A stretch of DNA of 64,000 nucleotides. Origin: Orbicella franksi (Eukaryota). Below the pieces are notes generated by a model, which worked only from the letters and a program-made list of their open reading frames with translations, ran no database searches and was not told the DNA's origin. The position numbers were made by a program, and so were the translations under genes. Within the stretch, counting starts at the first letter, position 1; every line of letters begins with the position of its first letter. The stretch is taken from contig OZ116699.1 in assembly GCA_964199315.1 (NCBI GenBank), positions 15,004,001 through 15,068,000 of the forward strand, given 5' to 3'. This document shows, piece by piece, positions 26,001 through 38,400 of this stretch.

Positions 26001-29000
26001 GTGTAAGAGTGGTGAGTACATGAACTTTGTAGTACTGTGCAAGAGTAAGTCACTACATCTCATCACATTTCTAAACAGACCTACAATGTATCACTATTTT
26101 TTAGACTATTTGTCTTTATTTATGTTCCTCGTCACTAACGGTTGCTGCTACATTCCTTTCCTTTTGTTTTGATCAAATAATCACTGATATCTTCAGGCCA
26201 AAATGGTGACAGTGTGCTGTTTGCCTAAACACTGCCAGATCATTTCAATTCCTGAGCTTGGATCCTCCTTTTATGTACAGTGATATTTTACTTAAGTTTC
26301 CAGAACAAGCTTGTCTTATTTGGGTAAAACTTTGTTTAATTTTGATGTTTGGTGAGCATCAAATTCAAAAGGTGATGTTGTTAAGATCTATTTGACATTT
26401 CTTATTCTGGGGACATGAGAAGACACATCTTCTGATTGGTGTACAATAATATTGTTGCAGCAAATTTTGGCACAACTGGCTCAATTTTGAAGCTGGCACT
26501 GGCTAAATCATGCAAAGAAATGTGGTTTGGGTTTAAGCAGCTGTTAGTGGGGTAAGCATTGCATGTTAACCCAAGTAGCAGCTGCAAAGGAGACTACCCT
26601 AGCTGAGTATTTCTCTATTCTCCTCACCTTATCCATTGATATTGTAGTGTTGTTGTAAGGAGAAATATTATCTTGGTCACATGTTGGTATTTGTTTCCTT
26701 GCAGGGTGTAGAAGATCCTCTTCTGGAGCTGAAGACACCCACTTTGTTTATTATTGGTTCACATTCAACTCTCACATCCCAAGAAGATGTTGAGGTACAA
26801 GTGTTTCTCATTGTTGTCTTTGCAACACCTGAAACAAACAGCTCATGTGGTTGGATTTTCTGACAGAACAACTTCTAAATTGCTTGAGACTTCTTGCTAT
26901 TCTTTTCTGTAGAAAAAGTAGCGTAATGTGCATTGTGCAGTTCCAGAAAATAGCCATACTCCCCCCACAGAAGGGATTGGAATTTCCCTGGGGGTGGGGG
27001 GTCTTTGAGACCACAAAATTTAAAGACATGTATGAAGCTCAATTGGAATTTTCAGAGGGTTGAGGGGTCATAGAAGAAATCTCTTCCATGGGAGAGGTAT
27101 GGGTATTTTCTGGAACTACACATTGTATTGTTAAGGTGTAAAATGTGTGTAGATGAGCATCAAAGATACAGTCTCATCAAATTGAAAACACTTATAATTA
27201 ATTATTACAATCAAAGGAAATGAGATTCACTCTCTTGGTTTTGAGACAATTGACAAATTATCCACAGTTCCTCATCAAATTATAATAATTCATCATTGAT
27301 TCCGTACACATTTACCTATCTCAACACTTATGATTTTACAATAGTAAAGATGTCTGCATTCTAACAGAAAATTACAAATTGTCTTCGTAGAGGAGTTTAT
27401 CCAGCTGATACAATTTACCTGTCAACAACATGATTTAAAGAAGTTTCTCCACGTTTTGGGCCTAATAATTTATTATACATTCTTTCTGTCCTTACCTTTG
27501 TGTGTGTGTGTGTTTGTTTGTTACAGGAAATGCGTGAAAAGATGAAAACAGACACTAGTCTGCTGGTGGTAGGAGGGGCAGATGAACAGGTCAGTCAAGT
27601 CAGCATAAGAGATATCTTTTGGTTGTTGTTCAGTGGTTTTCAGCAAAACTGCGTTCCCTGGGAACGAGGTTGTTTTGAGCAGTTATGTGGTTGTCACGCA
27701 CTCTTAGATAACAGCAATACGTGATAATCCAGATAATAACTACAAATAAGATATGAATCTGGCACGCTTTTCAGATTTCAGTAGGTCCCTTTCTTCGAGT
27801 GGATGCTTTTTCTAATTCTCCTCCCCTGTTTGTTTGAGAGCGTTTGGATAACTTTAGGAGAAATAAGATGTCAGATGCAGCTATGACTGAGTTTTATATC
27901 ATCTACTTTACGTTGTAGTTACGTTTGACTCGAGCTAAAAAGAAACAGGAGGGTCTCACACAAAGTATGGTGGATCGCTTGATCATGGTATGTGTTTCTT
28001 TTGAAGCAAATGCGAATATGGCTGTGTTATAATACAGTGGAATCTCGATTCCTCGAACCCTCATTTTTTCGAACCTCCCGATAACTCGAACCAAAAGTTG
28101 TTCCCCCTCCACAGTCGAACACTGTAATTTTACCCCCGATTTCTCGAACTCCGATTTTTCGAACCAATTTTTCTTTCCCTTGGAGGTTCGAAAAATCGGG
28201 GTTCCGCTGTATGGTCAAATAATTACACTATGCTACTAAATATAGCAAGCGAAACCTTACAAAAATTTACGAGAACTACGTGATGAAGTTCTTCGAAATT
28301 TGAAACAGTGACTGGACGGTACATGCAAGACTTTGTAAATCGTTTTACCATATTTCCTTTGCATCTATGTAATGCTCGACCTCGTATCGTCATCCTGTGC
28401 TTTTCGTCGCACAATACATTTATTCGTAGAATCGTTGCGTGACACTTTTAATTAGTAAGTTATGTTAGCAAGAAACGTTAGTATTTGTTCGTAGCCCTAG
28501 TATTATAGGAAGTGTTTTTAATTGTGTTGTAAGTAGCTGTGTGTGCCCATATTGTATTATAAGTAGCTGTAGCATTGAAAGTGGTGTAATTTTATTGTAA
28601 AATTTAAAAAAAAAAAAAAAAATAGAATCGTTGCGTTACAGTCTAAAAGAGAGACGAGAGTCACGCAAATATGCGTTGTAATTGTGACGTTTGATGTTTG
28701 TTTTTAGGACGAGATTGGTGACTTCTTAGGCCTTGTTTTGACGAGTATGAACAACAACAGCGCACACAACAGAAATGATTCCTCGGATATAGATGAGGTG
28801 GACGTTCGCAAAAAGAAAAGGAAACGGTCAGTGTCGCGTGACCTGAGCTCTGAAATGGAACGCTCTGTAGGAAAGCAAGCTTTGACGTCACACGCATCAG
28901 CCAAGAAGTCCACACCTCAAAAGGCTCCCGTTCAAGATCAGGGAAAAACACTTCTTAAGCTACCCCTTGGCAACACCATGGGGGCTATAAGCAGCGTTCG

Positions 29001-30654
29001 TTCGCTGAGCCAGCCTAGTCCTGCTAAGCGGCCAAGGACTTCCAAGTCTAAATCAAAAACAGCCAACCCGCCTCCAAGTATCATTCACGTTACTGGAGCT
29101 ACGCCTACAACTGTAGTCAGCAGTGTCCCTCAAGCCATTCCCGTGCACCCTCTGCCAGGGTTTCCTCTACCTCCTGGTGCCACCGTGACTCGCCAGGTGC
29201 CTCTGGCAAGTGCTTCAGCGGCGGCGCTGGCTTCCAGTGGCAGGGGACAAACCTTCATCTCCCTTACTCCGAAGAGCTCAGACCCTGGAGCAAGGGTCAC
29301 GCAGACGTTCATCACCATTCCTCGCGGGAGTTCTCCATCCGTCATGTCGTCAAGTTCAGCAACAGGACAGACAGTGCAATATATCATTAAACCTCAAAGC
29401 CAGCGTCACACTCCTGTGAACCTCAGTGCTGTTGGTGCTACCCTGACGGCTCAAGGCGCTGTTGCACCGCCCGGAGCTCAGCTGCCTGTAAGGACCATTG
29501 TATCAGCGCCAGTCAGACAAACACCTCTCTCCCAATCACCCAGCTCGTCCTTTACATCTGTAGTGAGTCTCAAGGGTGCTACTGTAACAACGCAAGCTCC
29601 CTCGTTTCCATCGGGTGCTGTACCAGTATCTAGCGCTTCCTTAGCTGCGGCATCCTCCCTTGGCAAGTTTTCCCCATCGTCAGCTGTACTGACCTCCGGG
29701 AGACCTACTTTCACCCGTGTGGGTGAGATGTCACAACCATCAACTATCAACGTTCTGACTAAGGACGGTAACAAGCTGGTAGTGTCGCAGGCGATATCAT
29801 CTGCTGGCCTCAAAGGCTCGTACAAGTTGGTCAGTGGCGCAACTGTAGCAAGTGGAGCTGGACAATCCCAAGTTGTCCTTGGCCATCCTGTCAGGTCAGC
29901 TTCAGGGAGTGGTCAGACATTAGTCACTCATAAAGTGTCTGGTCCGCCAGGAACTGTCGCTACCTCGTTACCTGTGAGTCTTGCTGCGTTAGCAGGCAAA
30001 CTACCGAGCAGCACCACAATATCACAACCCGGTGGTCGAGTCACTCTCGTTCAGAGCACTCGGCCAACTACCGTCGCCACACAGCCAGTAAGGACCATTC
30101 CCGGACAAGTGGTCTCTGTGCAGAGACCGGCAGCAAGCAGGACTACCAACCCGCAGACTGGCGCGGTGTCAAGTTTTCCAGGAGCAGTAACAGTTGCAAG
30201 AGCGGGAGCTACTCAGATGACGGGGGTCATCTCTTCTGGCTCGCCCGTTACTAACCTTCAGACCGGAACAGCCTTTGTGGTTGGTAAAACGCTTGGCAAT
30301 CCTGTGGCTAGTACACAGGTAATCCCCAAGGCGGCACCCACCCTAGTCGTTTCGTCTACGGCGGTTTCTGGGACCAAAGTGGTACCCTCAGCGCAAATGG
30401 CATCAGTTCTCAACAAGACTAAGACAGTGTTGACTGCATCTGCTCCAAAACCTACGGAGTCACAGACTATTTCTGCCCCTGTCACTTCAAATTTTGGTAC
30501 AACTCCTGTTCAACAGATTAGGAAATCGGTAGCCACGGCTCAGGTGGCGGCTGCTGGGCAAAGTCCTGCAGTCGCACAGTCGGCTGTGAAGGAACAGACA
30601 CCAGTGGCACCCAAACCTGGTGATGGCGTCGCGAAGGAGGCGGCCTCATCTTGA
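20092..30654 (+). CDS. KANSL3: KAT8 regulatory NSL complex subunit 3 (alpha/beta-hydrolase-fold domain plus long low-complexity tail), 12 exons, about 1101 aa
   Basis: Exons: 20092 (or in-frame ATG 20017)-20441 ([16 protein letters not shown]), 21095-21185 (LRLARL), 21669-21752 (NEPVMRR), 23362-23463 (WLHSTL...YLDVLQTL), 24433-24570 (LLLKRPWDP), 25264-25488, 25752-25823 ([12 protein letters not shown]), 25937-26011 (VVCLGFP), 26705-26794 (DPLLELKTP), 27527-27589 (VVGGAD), 27919-27987 ([14 protein letters not shown]), 28708-30654. All have GT-AG ends in phase, and the motifs are characteristic of KANSL3. Confidence 0.95.
22600..23000 (+). mobile_element. L1/Tx1-type LINE ORF2 3' fragment (zf-RVT) in KANSL3 intron 3
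   Basis: Degenerate translation ...[13 protein letters not shown]...[27 protein letters not shown], the CxxC...HxFxxC...W zinc knuckle that follows RT. Contains stops and frameshifts. Confidence 0.7.
28035..28209. mobile_element. Tc1/mariner-type MITE
   Basis: TA|cagtggaa ... ttccgctg|TA, with internal ctcgaac repeats. Confidence 0.75.
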
Positions 30655-31050
30655 CTTAACTTTATTGAGAGTGAGAACCTAAGCCTTCAGCTGTTCTGGT
30701 GTCAGATGTAACCTCTGATTGCACTGGCAACAAAAGTAAGTTTTTCCCTTGCTAGTGATCCAGCATGAAATTATTTGAACACGAACGGTTGTAACCTTTA
30801 AAGAGACAATTTTAGGAGGCAATGATATCGACTTTGTTATTGGTGGTGAATAATTTCTCATGCTTGAACTGTAAATATGTAATTTACGTGATTATTAAAA
30901 AGAAAAGTATCCGAAATTGTGCCTAATGTGGAGTCTAGGGTGTGGATTAGATTTGATTCTGATCCGACGATTTATTTCCTGCAGCCACTTTTGGAAGTAA
31001 AGTTGGTTATCACTGTGAAGTAAGAAAAATAGTTCGTGTCCGAATAACCT

Positions 31051-31196
31051 AGCCTGCGTAGTTGGCGGAATTCGCGAGCGAGTGATTTTTGGTGGCGGAG
31101 CCATGAGTCATCACCAATCCTCTCGCGGCTTTGCCACTCACGTTCATGGCCTCGCCGCCAAAACAAAAGCGCGAAATCCCGAAAGCTACGCAGGCT
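31051..31196. mobile_element. Short MITE
   Basis: TIR agcctgcgtag / ctacgcaggct. Confidence 0.7.
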
Positions 31197-32104
31197 TGCA
31201 AAACCTGTTTTCGGTTCGTCTTGCGTAAACTTGAAAGGGCGCAACGGCGTCCCCTCAGTCTGCAATACGTTTAACAATGTGCGGGTGATCAGGAAGCAAG
31301 GGGTCCCCCACCGCCTTTTATGGACCGTTTGTCCCCTAGTAAGAGAAATATTCAAGTTATTAACCGATTCCCTTCCATACGCACACTTTTCTTTATATAT
31401 TTTCTGTTATCAGGCAGCTCATCATCCTATTGGACCTTCACAAAACAATCGACTACTTTGAAACTCCGTTGAAGGTGTTAAAGTTGAGGTTACATCAATT
31501 ATTTGAGGCCCTTTAAACGGCGTTCCCGCTGAAATTTGTTTCGCTGTCATTTTAAACGCGACTTGAAGGCTCGAACTGTTTCATGACTGTAGCCGCCTCC
31601 TCCACCTTCAGCGCGCTAAGCCGCCAGTCCGTAACACCATACAAAGTTGTATTTGCCCGAAGATTTTTTAGTTTTCTGCCAAATATGCGTCAAATTGAGG
31701 ACGAAAATTCTAGGTATGGCGGGGGTGTTTTGCCATTGCTCTTGGGGGTAAAACTAAAAGTGCTTGAGAAGGATGCGGAACATCCGTACTTAATCCTAGA
31801 TGATTGGCTAGTTAACATTCCAGGCTGTTGCCAGTCCGCAAAGAGCTTAGTGGTTTGCATGGTCATCATAATTGAATTTTGTGTCCTTACGTAATTTCCA
31901 CCCCTCTTCTGTCTGGTTTCCGTTTTCTTTTCTTCATTTCCTCCGAAACGGCTGGAGACCTGCACCCACAATTCTTTTTTAATCAAATGGAAACGCCATT
32001 TGTTTTTAAAACAAAAGCGCGCAAACTTGCCCAAGCTTATTTACAGCAAGTTTTCATTGCCCGTCGCGCGCGCGGAATGCTATCTGAGAGACGAAGAAGA
32101 TATT

Positions 32105-32403
32105 AGGGAGCTTAATTAAAGCAAACCACCACCACGACGGAAACGAGAACGTCACTAAACAAAAGGTTATAATGAGCAAAACAATAGCTGTGCACGTGCG
32201 TTATAAAGCGTTGTACATTTCTTTGCCGTCCTCTGCAAAACAACATGGTGAAATGACCAAGTTCTACGTCGTATTCCCATTTGGAATTGAACGCTCTCGA
32301 TTGCATATTCTGCCTTAGCACGCTTTAAGAACCATTGGCGCATAAATTCATTTTTGACTAGGCGTCGTCCTCGGCGTCGCCGTCGTCGTTGCTTAAGCTC
32401 CTT
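32105..32403. mobile_element. MITE with agggagcttaa termini
   Basis: tagggagcttaa ... gtcgtcgttgcttaagctccctta inverted termini. Confidence 0.65.
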
Positions 32404-35400
32404 ATTACAGTTAGGTCACTCGAACTGTGTATAACTGGACATCTTTTTGTACATTTTTGTAGTGGCTAAAGAATGAGGGCTCCATATAAACAAGAGTAAT
32501 AAGCATCATTTGCTTTTAAAACAACAATAAACTTGCCCTTGCGTATTTACAACAATTTTCCACTCCCCGTCGCGCGGAAACGGAGAAGATAACACTGAGG
32601 GCGCTGGAATTGTGAACACCTGGACCTTTTTCTACATTTTTTCAGTGACTTAATATTGGAGGCTCTTCATGTTAACAAGATTATTAAGCATTTTTACAGT
32701 GTAAAACACTAATCTTGTACATTATACAAAGGGTCTTCATTTTATAGTCACTCAAAAAGCATATCAAAATTGTCGAGTGTTCTTACTGCAATCCTCACGC
32801 AGATCATTTAAAACGAAATTTTAGTTACAGTGGGGCCCAAGAATTGACAAGTGCTGCCTCTGCTGAACAGCTTAAACGAAAAATGAGACGAAATAAATTT
32901 CGTATATATCAGAATTTCCGCGAGGCCATCATGTACCTTTTAATTTTTTTAGCTTTGATAGTGATGATTTTGCTGTGATTGAATAAAGGTTATTTGTAAC
33001 AAAAATAAGTCCATCACACACGGGTTTTGAATTTGAAAACTTTGACTTGTTGCCCCTTAACAGATTGAAAATAGGAGATCAAAAGCCCCTATCCCTGAAA
33101 CATATTTGTTTTAGGTTCCCCACCCCTCCCTTGAAGAGAGAGTTTTAACTTAAAAAGTTAGAATGTTAGAGGATTATTTGACGTCATCTCAAATTTCGCA
33201 CCATTTTTGACGCGGCGCGCCAGCCTTGCTTTTCAGCTTGCCTGTTTTGTACTGTCGCTTCATTTTCTCATATATCAAAACGTGGCGGATTACTTTTCTC
33301 GTGGAAATAGTTTACTTGTTTTTGCATTCTTGCCGCCAAAAGGGAGACAAAACGTCCTTCAAGGCCCTTCAAGTTCACAGCGGAGATTGCATTGCAAACA
33401 ATTTAGGAGTTGGGTATTAGAAACTGGGCAAAAACGAGTGGTAAAAAAAACGTGTCACCGGTAGGTTTTCAATTTTCTGCTGCTATAAGACTTTTCGTCG
33501 TTCAAGAGCATGTTATTTACGCTCAGCAGTAAGCAGACATAGTTCACAGGTGTCTGGTACCATTCACTTCTCGTTCACCAGACGGCATTAACAAGTCGTG
33601 TTTTCAAACAGTGTTTTGGTGGTGTACAACTCGAAGAGACATATAGGCTTATCTTAATCTGTAGTTTGTAAAACCACGGGCTCGATGGACATTGATACAA
33701 AAAAATAGTCAAAAATATTAAATTTCCCAGTAAATTTGAGTCAATGGAGGCAAACTATGTTGCTATGTCTGTTGCGTTCATAATTCAAATGTTACCATCC
33801 TTTTCACAAAACTTTAATGCTTTACAAAGAGGCATTTGAAAGGTCATTGCCAAAAGGAAGAGCTCAAATGAACGGAATTCGATGGTGTGAAAGGCAAATA
33901 TTTAAAACTTCTAATTAAGATAAAGTTATATACATTTTTCTCATTTTTTTTCTCAAAACGTAGGAAAATGATAGAGAAAAAAAAACCAGAAGGGTCACCG
34001 AACGCCCAAGATCGCTAAATAGCAGTGGCTACCAACATTAAAGTTGTTTTACAGTTATTCTTCAGAGATTTTAAAGTGTTTTATTTCTTATTTCAGTTGC
34101 CATTCAGTTTCCAGAATCAGTCCAAACGTTTCATAAACATTCTATAACAAAGACAACGAAACTGCATGAAATATCTGTTGAAAAAACGTAAGAAGTATTT
34201 GTTACTAACAGGAAAAGGTGCAAAGTTCTGTAACTCTTTACGTAAAAAAATGTGCAGATTTAGTACGGACATTTCATTAACAGCGAGTCTGTGGTCTGAA
34301 ATGTTTCACATTTTCCCCGATAAGGTTAAAACTCGGAACTTTTCCATGATAACTGTTTCGAGAATTATTTTCGTTCAAGCAGCGTTTTTCACCTTCATGT
34401 GGATTTTAATGGGAGTTGTAGTTGACACAAATTTTACCAACGTACCGAACTTTTACAAATTTTTTACAATCGTTTTCCCAAAGTGGTTTGCGTGAGATTT
34501 CGGCATCAAATACTTTCCCGTAAAATTTCATTTCCGAGATATTGTCAATTTGTAAACTTTCAAAAATCCAGGCTTAAAATTTTACACATCACAATCGCAC
34601 AGTACACATAACTAGGCATTTTGGAAATCCGGTAGTCGTGTCTTCGATTCGATTGGTGGAACGATTATAGAAAATGTATCAGAAAAACTAAAACATGCAG
34701 GCGGCACACTCAGTTTGCGGTGTGTGACGAAGGTATAGGATTAAATTATTGTTGTAGAAGTACTAAAAAGCTTTAAAAGCGTGAATGGAATGTAAGTCAA
34801 TATAGTAATCACTAGCGAACGAGCAAATGTTCAAATATTGTACAGAACATCTTGTTTATTACTAACAAAATTAACAAAAGTAGAATTTGTAGAGAATCAT
34901 CACCATTTTAACGGTATTTTGTGCCGACTTTGTGAAACCAAGACAGTTGTTAATAATACTACGAGACTACAGTTAAAATCAGTTCAATATACCATATCCT
35001 TTTAAATGACCCCTGATTGGGTGAGTGTAACAAATTTCGCAAATATTAACACTGCATCGAGACCACCAATATATTTTTCGAATTTAATTTGCATTTTTAA
35101 TGATTATTGTACACGTTTTACCACTCAGATCCAGTTCAATTTATCCTTTACAACAAGTGAGTAAACAAAGCCAAGGTTGTCATATTGATCACAATCCTTG
35201 TTCGTGTCGTCTTGCTGAGGATTTCAGTTTGTACTCTCCATTTGCAGGTAAATGAAAATCAGTTATTCGAATGCTAATCGCTAATTTTCAAACAATTTTT
35301 AATCCCTGATAAAAGGTTTCCGTAAAGTTGAGTCAGAAAATGTAACAGACTAGAGCTATTACTTCCTCAGTGCATATCTACTGTGCTGAAAGGGTAGTTC

Positions 35401-38400
35401 TTTTGCCGAAATCAAAATAGCCTTGACTGTTTCGAGATTGGTTGATTTTCGTGCTAATCAAGACTCATAGCTCTTGGTTTAAAGTCTAAACTGAGTTGAG
35501 GCCGACCTGATTTATCCTAAATGGCTGCTCATTTCACGGACACGTGGACAATTGAAGGCGTCATTGATTATGAACAGCGACGTCATGACCGTGTTTCAAA
35601 AGCTCACCGACAACCGGGTAAGGTGACTTTTGGCGGCGAGGAAATAAGATAGATTAAAGTCTTATTTGTTTGCGCGTGTTCAAGAAAATATTCAGCTAGT
35701 TCAAGCTGACCTTTCTTTTGAGCAGGAATGTTGAGGTCATGACGTAAACAGGTACCGGCTGAATACTTATAAATCTGATCTATAAATAAGGTTAAGAGCC
35801 CGCTGAATAGGTTCCACCTAGCGTCTCTCACTCTTACCCCACCGCCTATTTGCCACTGCTCGTAGTTCACCAAACTCCCGCCGCTGATGGTTTTAAGTGA
35901 GAACAAAATCAGTGTTTCAGTTCTGGTTTGGGATTAACAGTCTTTTCCTACTGCAAATTTTAAATCAAAACCAGCTCTGGCCCTATGAGCTGGTCTTACG
36001 TCTATCTATATAAATGGTTATGCACACACTGCCATTCTCTTTCGCCCCTTCCAAAGTTCAAGGGAAAAGCCTTGAGAGGCCTTGCGAGGAAACTCTCGGG
36101 CAAAGCTGCTTAGTTTCTGAAACGCGCTTAGATCTCTGACAGCATTCAGTCTTCTTCACCTTCCTCAGGTCCCGGTAACCTTTTAGTGTTTTACGCAAAT
36201 TTATTTCAATAGGCGCCCGGCTTACTTAGGTAGCCACGCCCCACAGAGCGGAAACCACTTATTGTCAACTATTCAGGGTTCAGTTAACCTTATTAGCAGT
36301 GATTTTCATTAATCATGTTTTACTCTTTGCCTATCGTGGCTTTCACCCTGACCGCTTGTTTGCCTGTTTTTGTCTGTCACTCACTGGCAGCTCTTGATGT
36401 TGTTCCTTCCGACTTCGCTGTTCTCGTTATACTTCACTGTGTAACAGCACTCGCGCAGGAAATCCTATCACTAACCAGTTACGCAACCTTGAGCAGGCTG
36501 TGGTGGTTGTCATGCAGTAGCTTTTCACTTTATGAGATAGTCTCTTCTACCGGAAGTCCTGTTTCTGCTCAGTTCCAGTCCAGAATCCACATGCTGCGTC
36601 AGATTTTTTTGAGGTCATTGCATTGTAGTTACAATGTACCTTTCACCCTTCAAGTCTAATTTTTCTTTTTAGTGCGTCTTCTTTTCTTTGTGATATATTC
36701 TTATTTTCCTTTGCGTTATATAAAGAATCCTTCCCAATGCACTTTCTACTTTAATGCTTTCTTTGGCCACAGTTCTGCCCCGTAGAGTGTGAGACTATAA
36801 CCCTTCCTCTGCTGACCAATCTCCCGTTCTGTCTTACATTGCATTACTTACGAATTAATTACTATAAATTTTACACCTGCAGCAAGCAATATACTGGGAA
36901 CGACACTCATCCCAACTCAGTCTGTATGTTAGTAAATCGAACTTACACACATATCAAGTCATTCAGGTCTCATTAAATGAGTAAAATGCCAACAAAATAA
37001 GGGATAGTTCTACGTGTTTAGGCTTAGGAGTCGAAAGTACAAGGCTTAGTCTAGAATTGTCCATACCAATGAAAACATCTTGCCTTAAGCATAGAACTTG
37101 CTCGTAAAATAGTGGAAATGACACTGAAGTGATAAGAGAGGTCAAGCAACACGAGCAATCACTTAGTGGGCCACGAAAACCACCTGCATCCTTAACAAGT
37201 GTTTTTACTAAAAATACCAGTGCAGGCGACACAGACCTTGTCGGTACGTGGCGCTTGTCGTTATTTATGCAAAATATATTAGCTTTGCGGAAAGTCAGTA
37301 AGCACAACGACCACTTACGAACTGTGTGGCATTGCACAAATGCAGTGAAATATAAAACGCTCTCGTAACGGTCTGTTTCAGTAACTATGTGATTTAGCTG
37401 GTCGTGTCGGCACTTACTCCCGTATCACTTACTTATCACGCGACTTTGTTGCTCACACGATCCCATGGAATGATCACCTCATTTAAAAAGTTATTTTTGG
37501 TCTAGCTGTGTGGTAAAGGTGCTTAGAATAGTTACGACTTTTGAGACCTTTCCCAGTCGTAACTCTTGAAATGAAAAAAAAAAAACAAAAAAAAAAACAC
37601 AGTACCATTCTGTATCGATCGCGTGACCTGATATATGGGCTCTGGAAAAAGCACCAAGGAGAGCTCTTAACTGAATAAGAACACGTGTTTCCGAAATACG
37701 CACTATCTTGTGTTTGTAAACATAGTATGGTAGATCAGTTCAGAAGCGGACAACACGTGCTTTTCGAAATACGCACAACTTTGTTTGTAAACAAACTTGC
37801 GTAGACCGTCGCGTAGTTAGTTGGCTGCTCGGAAGTCTTTATAATAGTATTTCCTTGTGGCTAATACAACAAGCGGTATTTTGGTAAGTTGCACTGCAGT
37901 GGCCCGCAAAGTCAAATGACAACAAACCGTGTGTGGCCTTCTACGCGGCCCCATCGACAAAGCTTTACAGATACCCCTTTAGAGGAAATAGCTTGCGTAC
38001 CTTCCGCCCGATAATCGATGACCGGAAATACGGTAAAAGCACGTATTGATTTAGCGTGCGCAAAGCGCTATGACGAATGTGCCTCTCTTCCCCGTCAAAA
38101 TATTGCGCAACACTGCTATTACTCAGCATTGCGCAGCTTTTTGGCGGGAACGAGAACACGTCCATAAACAAAGCTGAAAATGACTTGATCAGGTCCAGCG
38201 CAAGCCAGTTTTACTTAGAAACTTGACGAATGCACTCCATTAACTCCATTAATCTGTGATACCTGTACCGTTATATAATTGGTTGAGCTCAGATTAGGAC
38301 GTTGTTGCCATGTGTAGAGTCACTTTCACTTTTATCCATTTAGAAACTGAAGACACCTTAGTAAGGAAACGCGATAGTGAATTATGATAATGATTAGAAA

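Noticed and set aside
29130-30485. Several overlapping ORFs within the KANSL3 last exon
   Set aside because: Antisense or off-frame shadows of low-complexity GC-richer coding sequence.
35604-35906. Ankyrin-like peptide KGQLELAEYFLEHA
   Set aside because: Single half-repeat lacking the TPLH motif, with no supporting splice structure.
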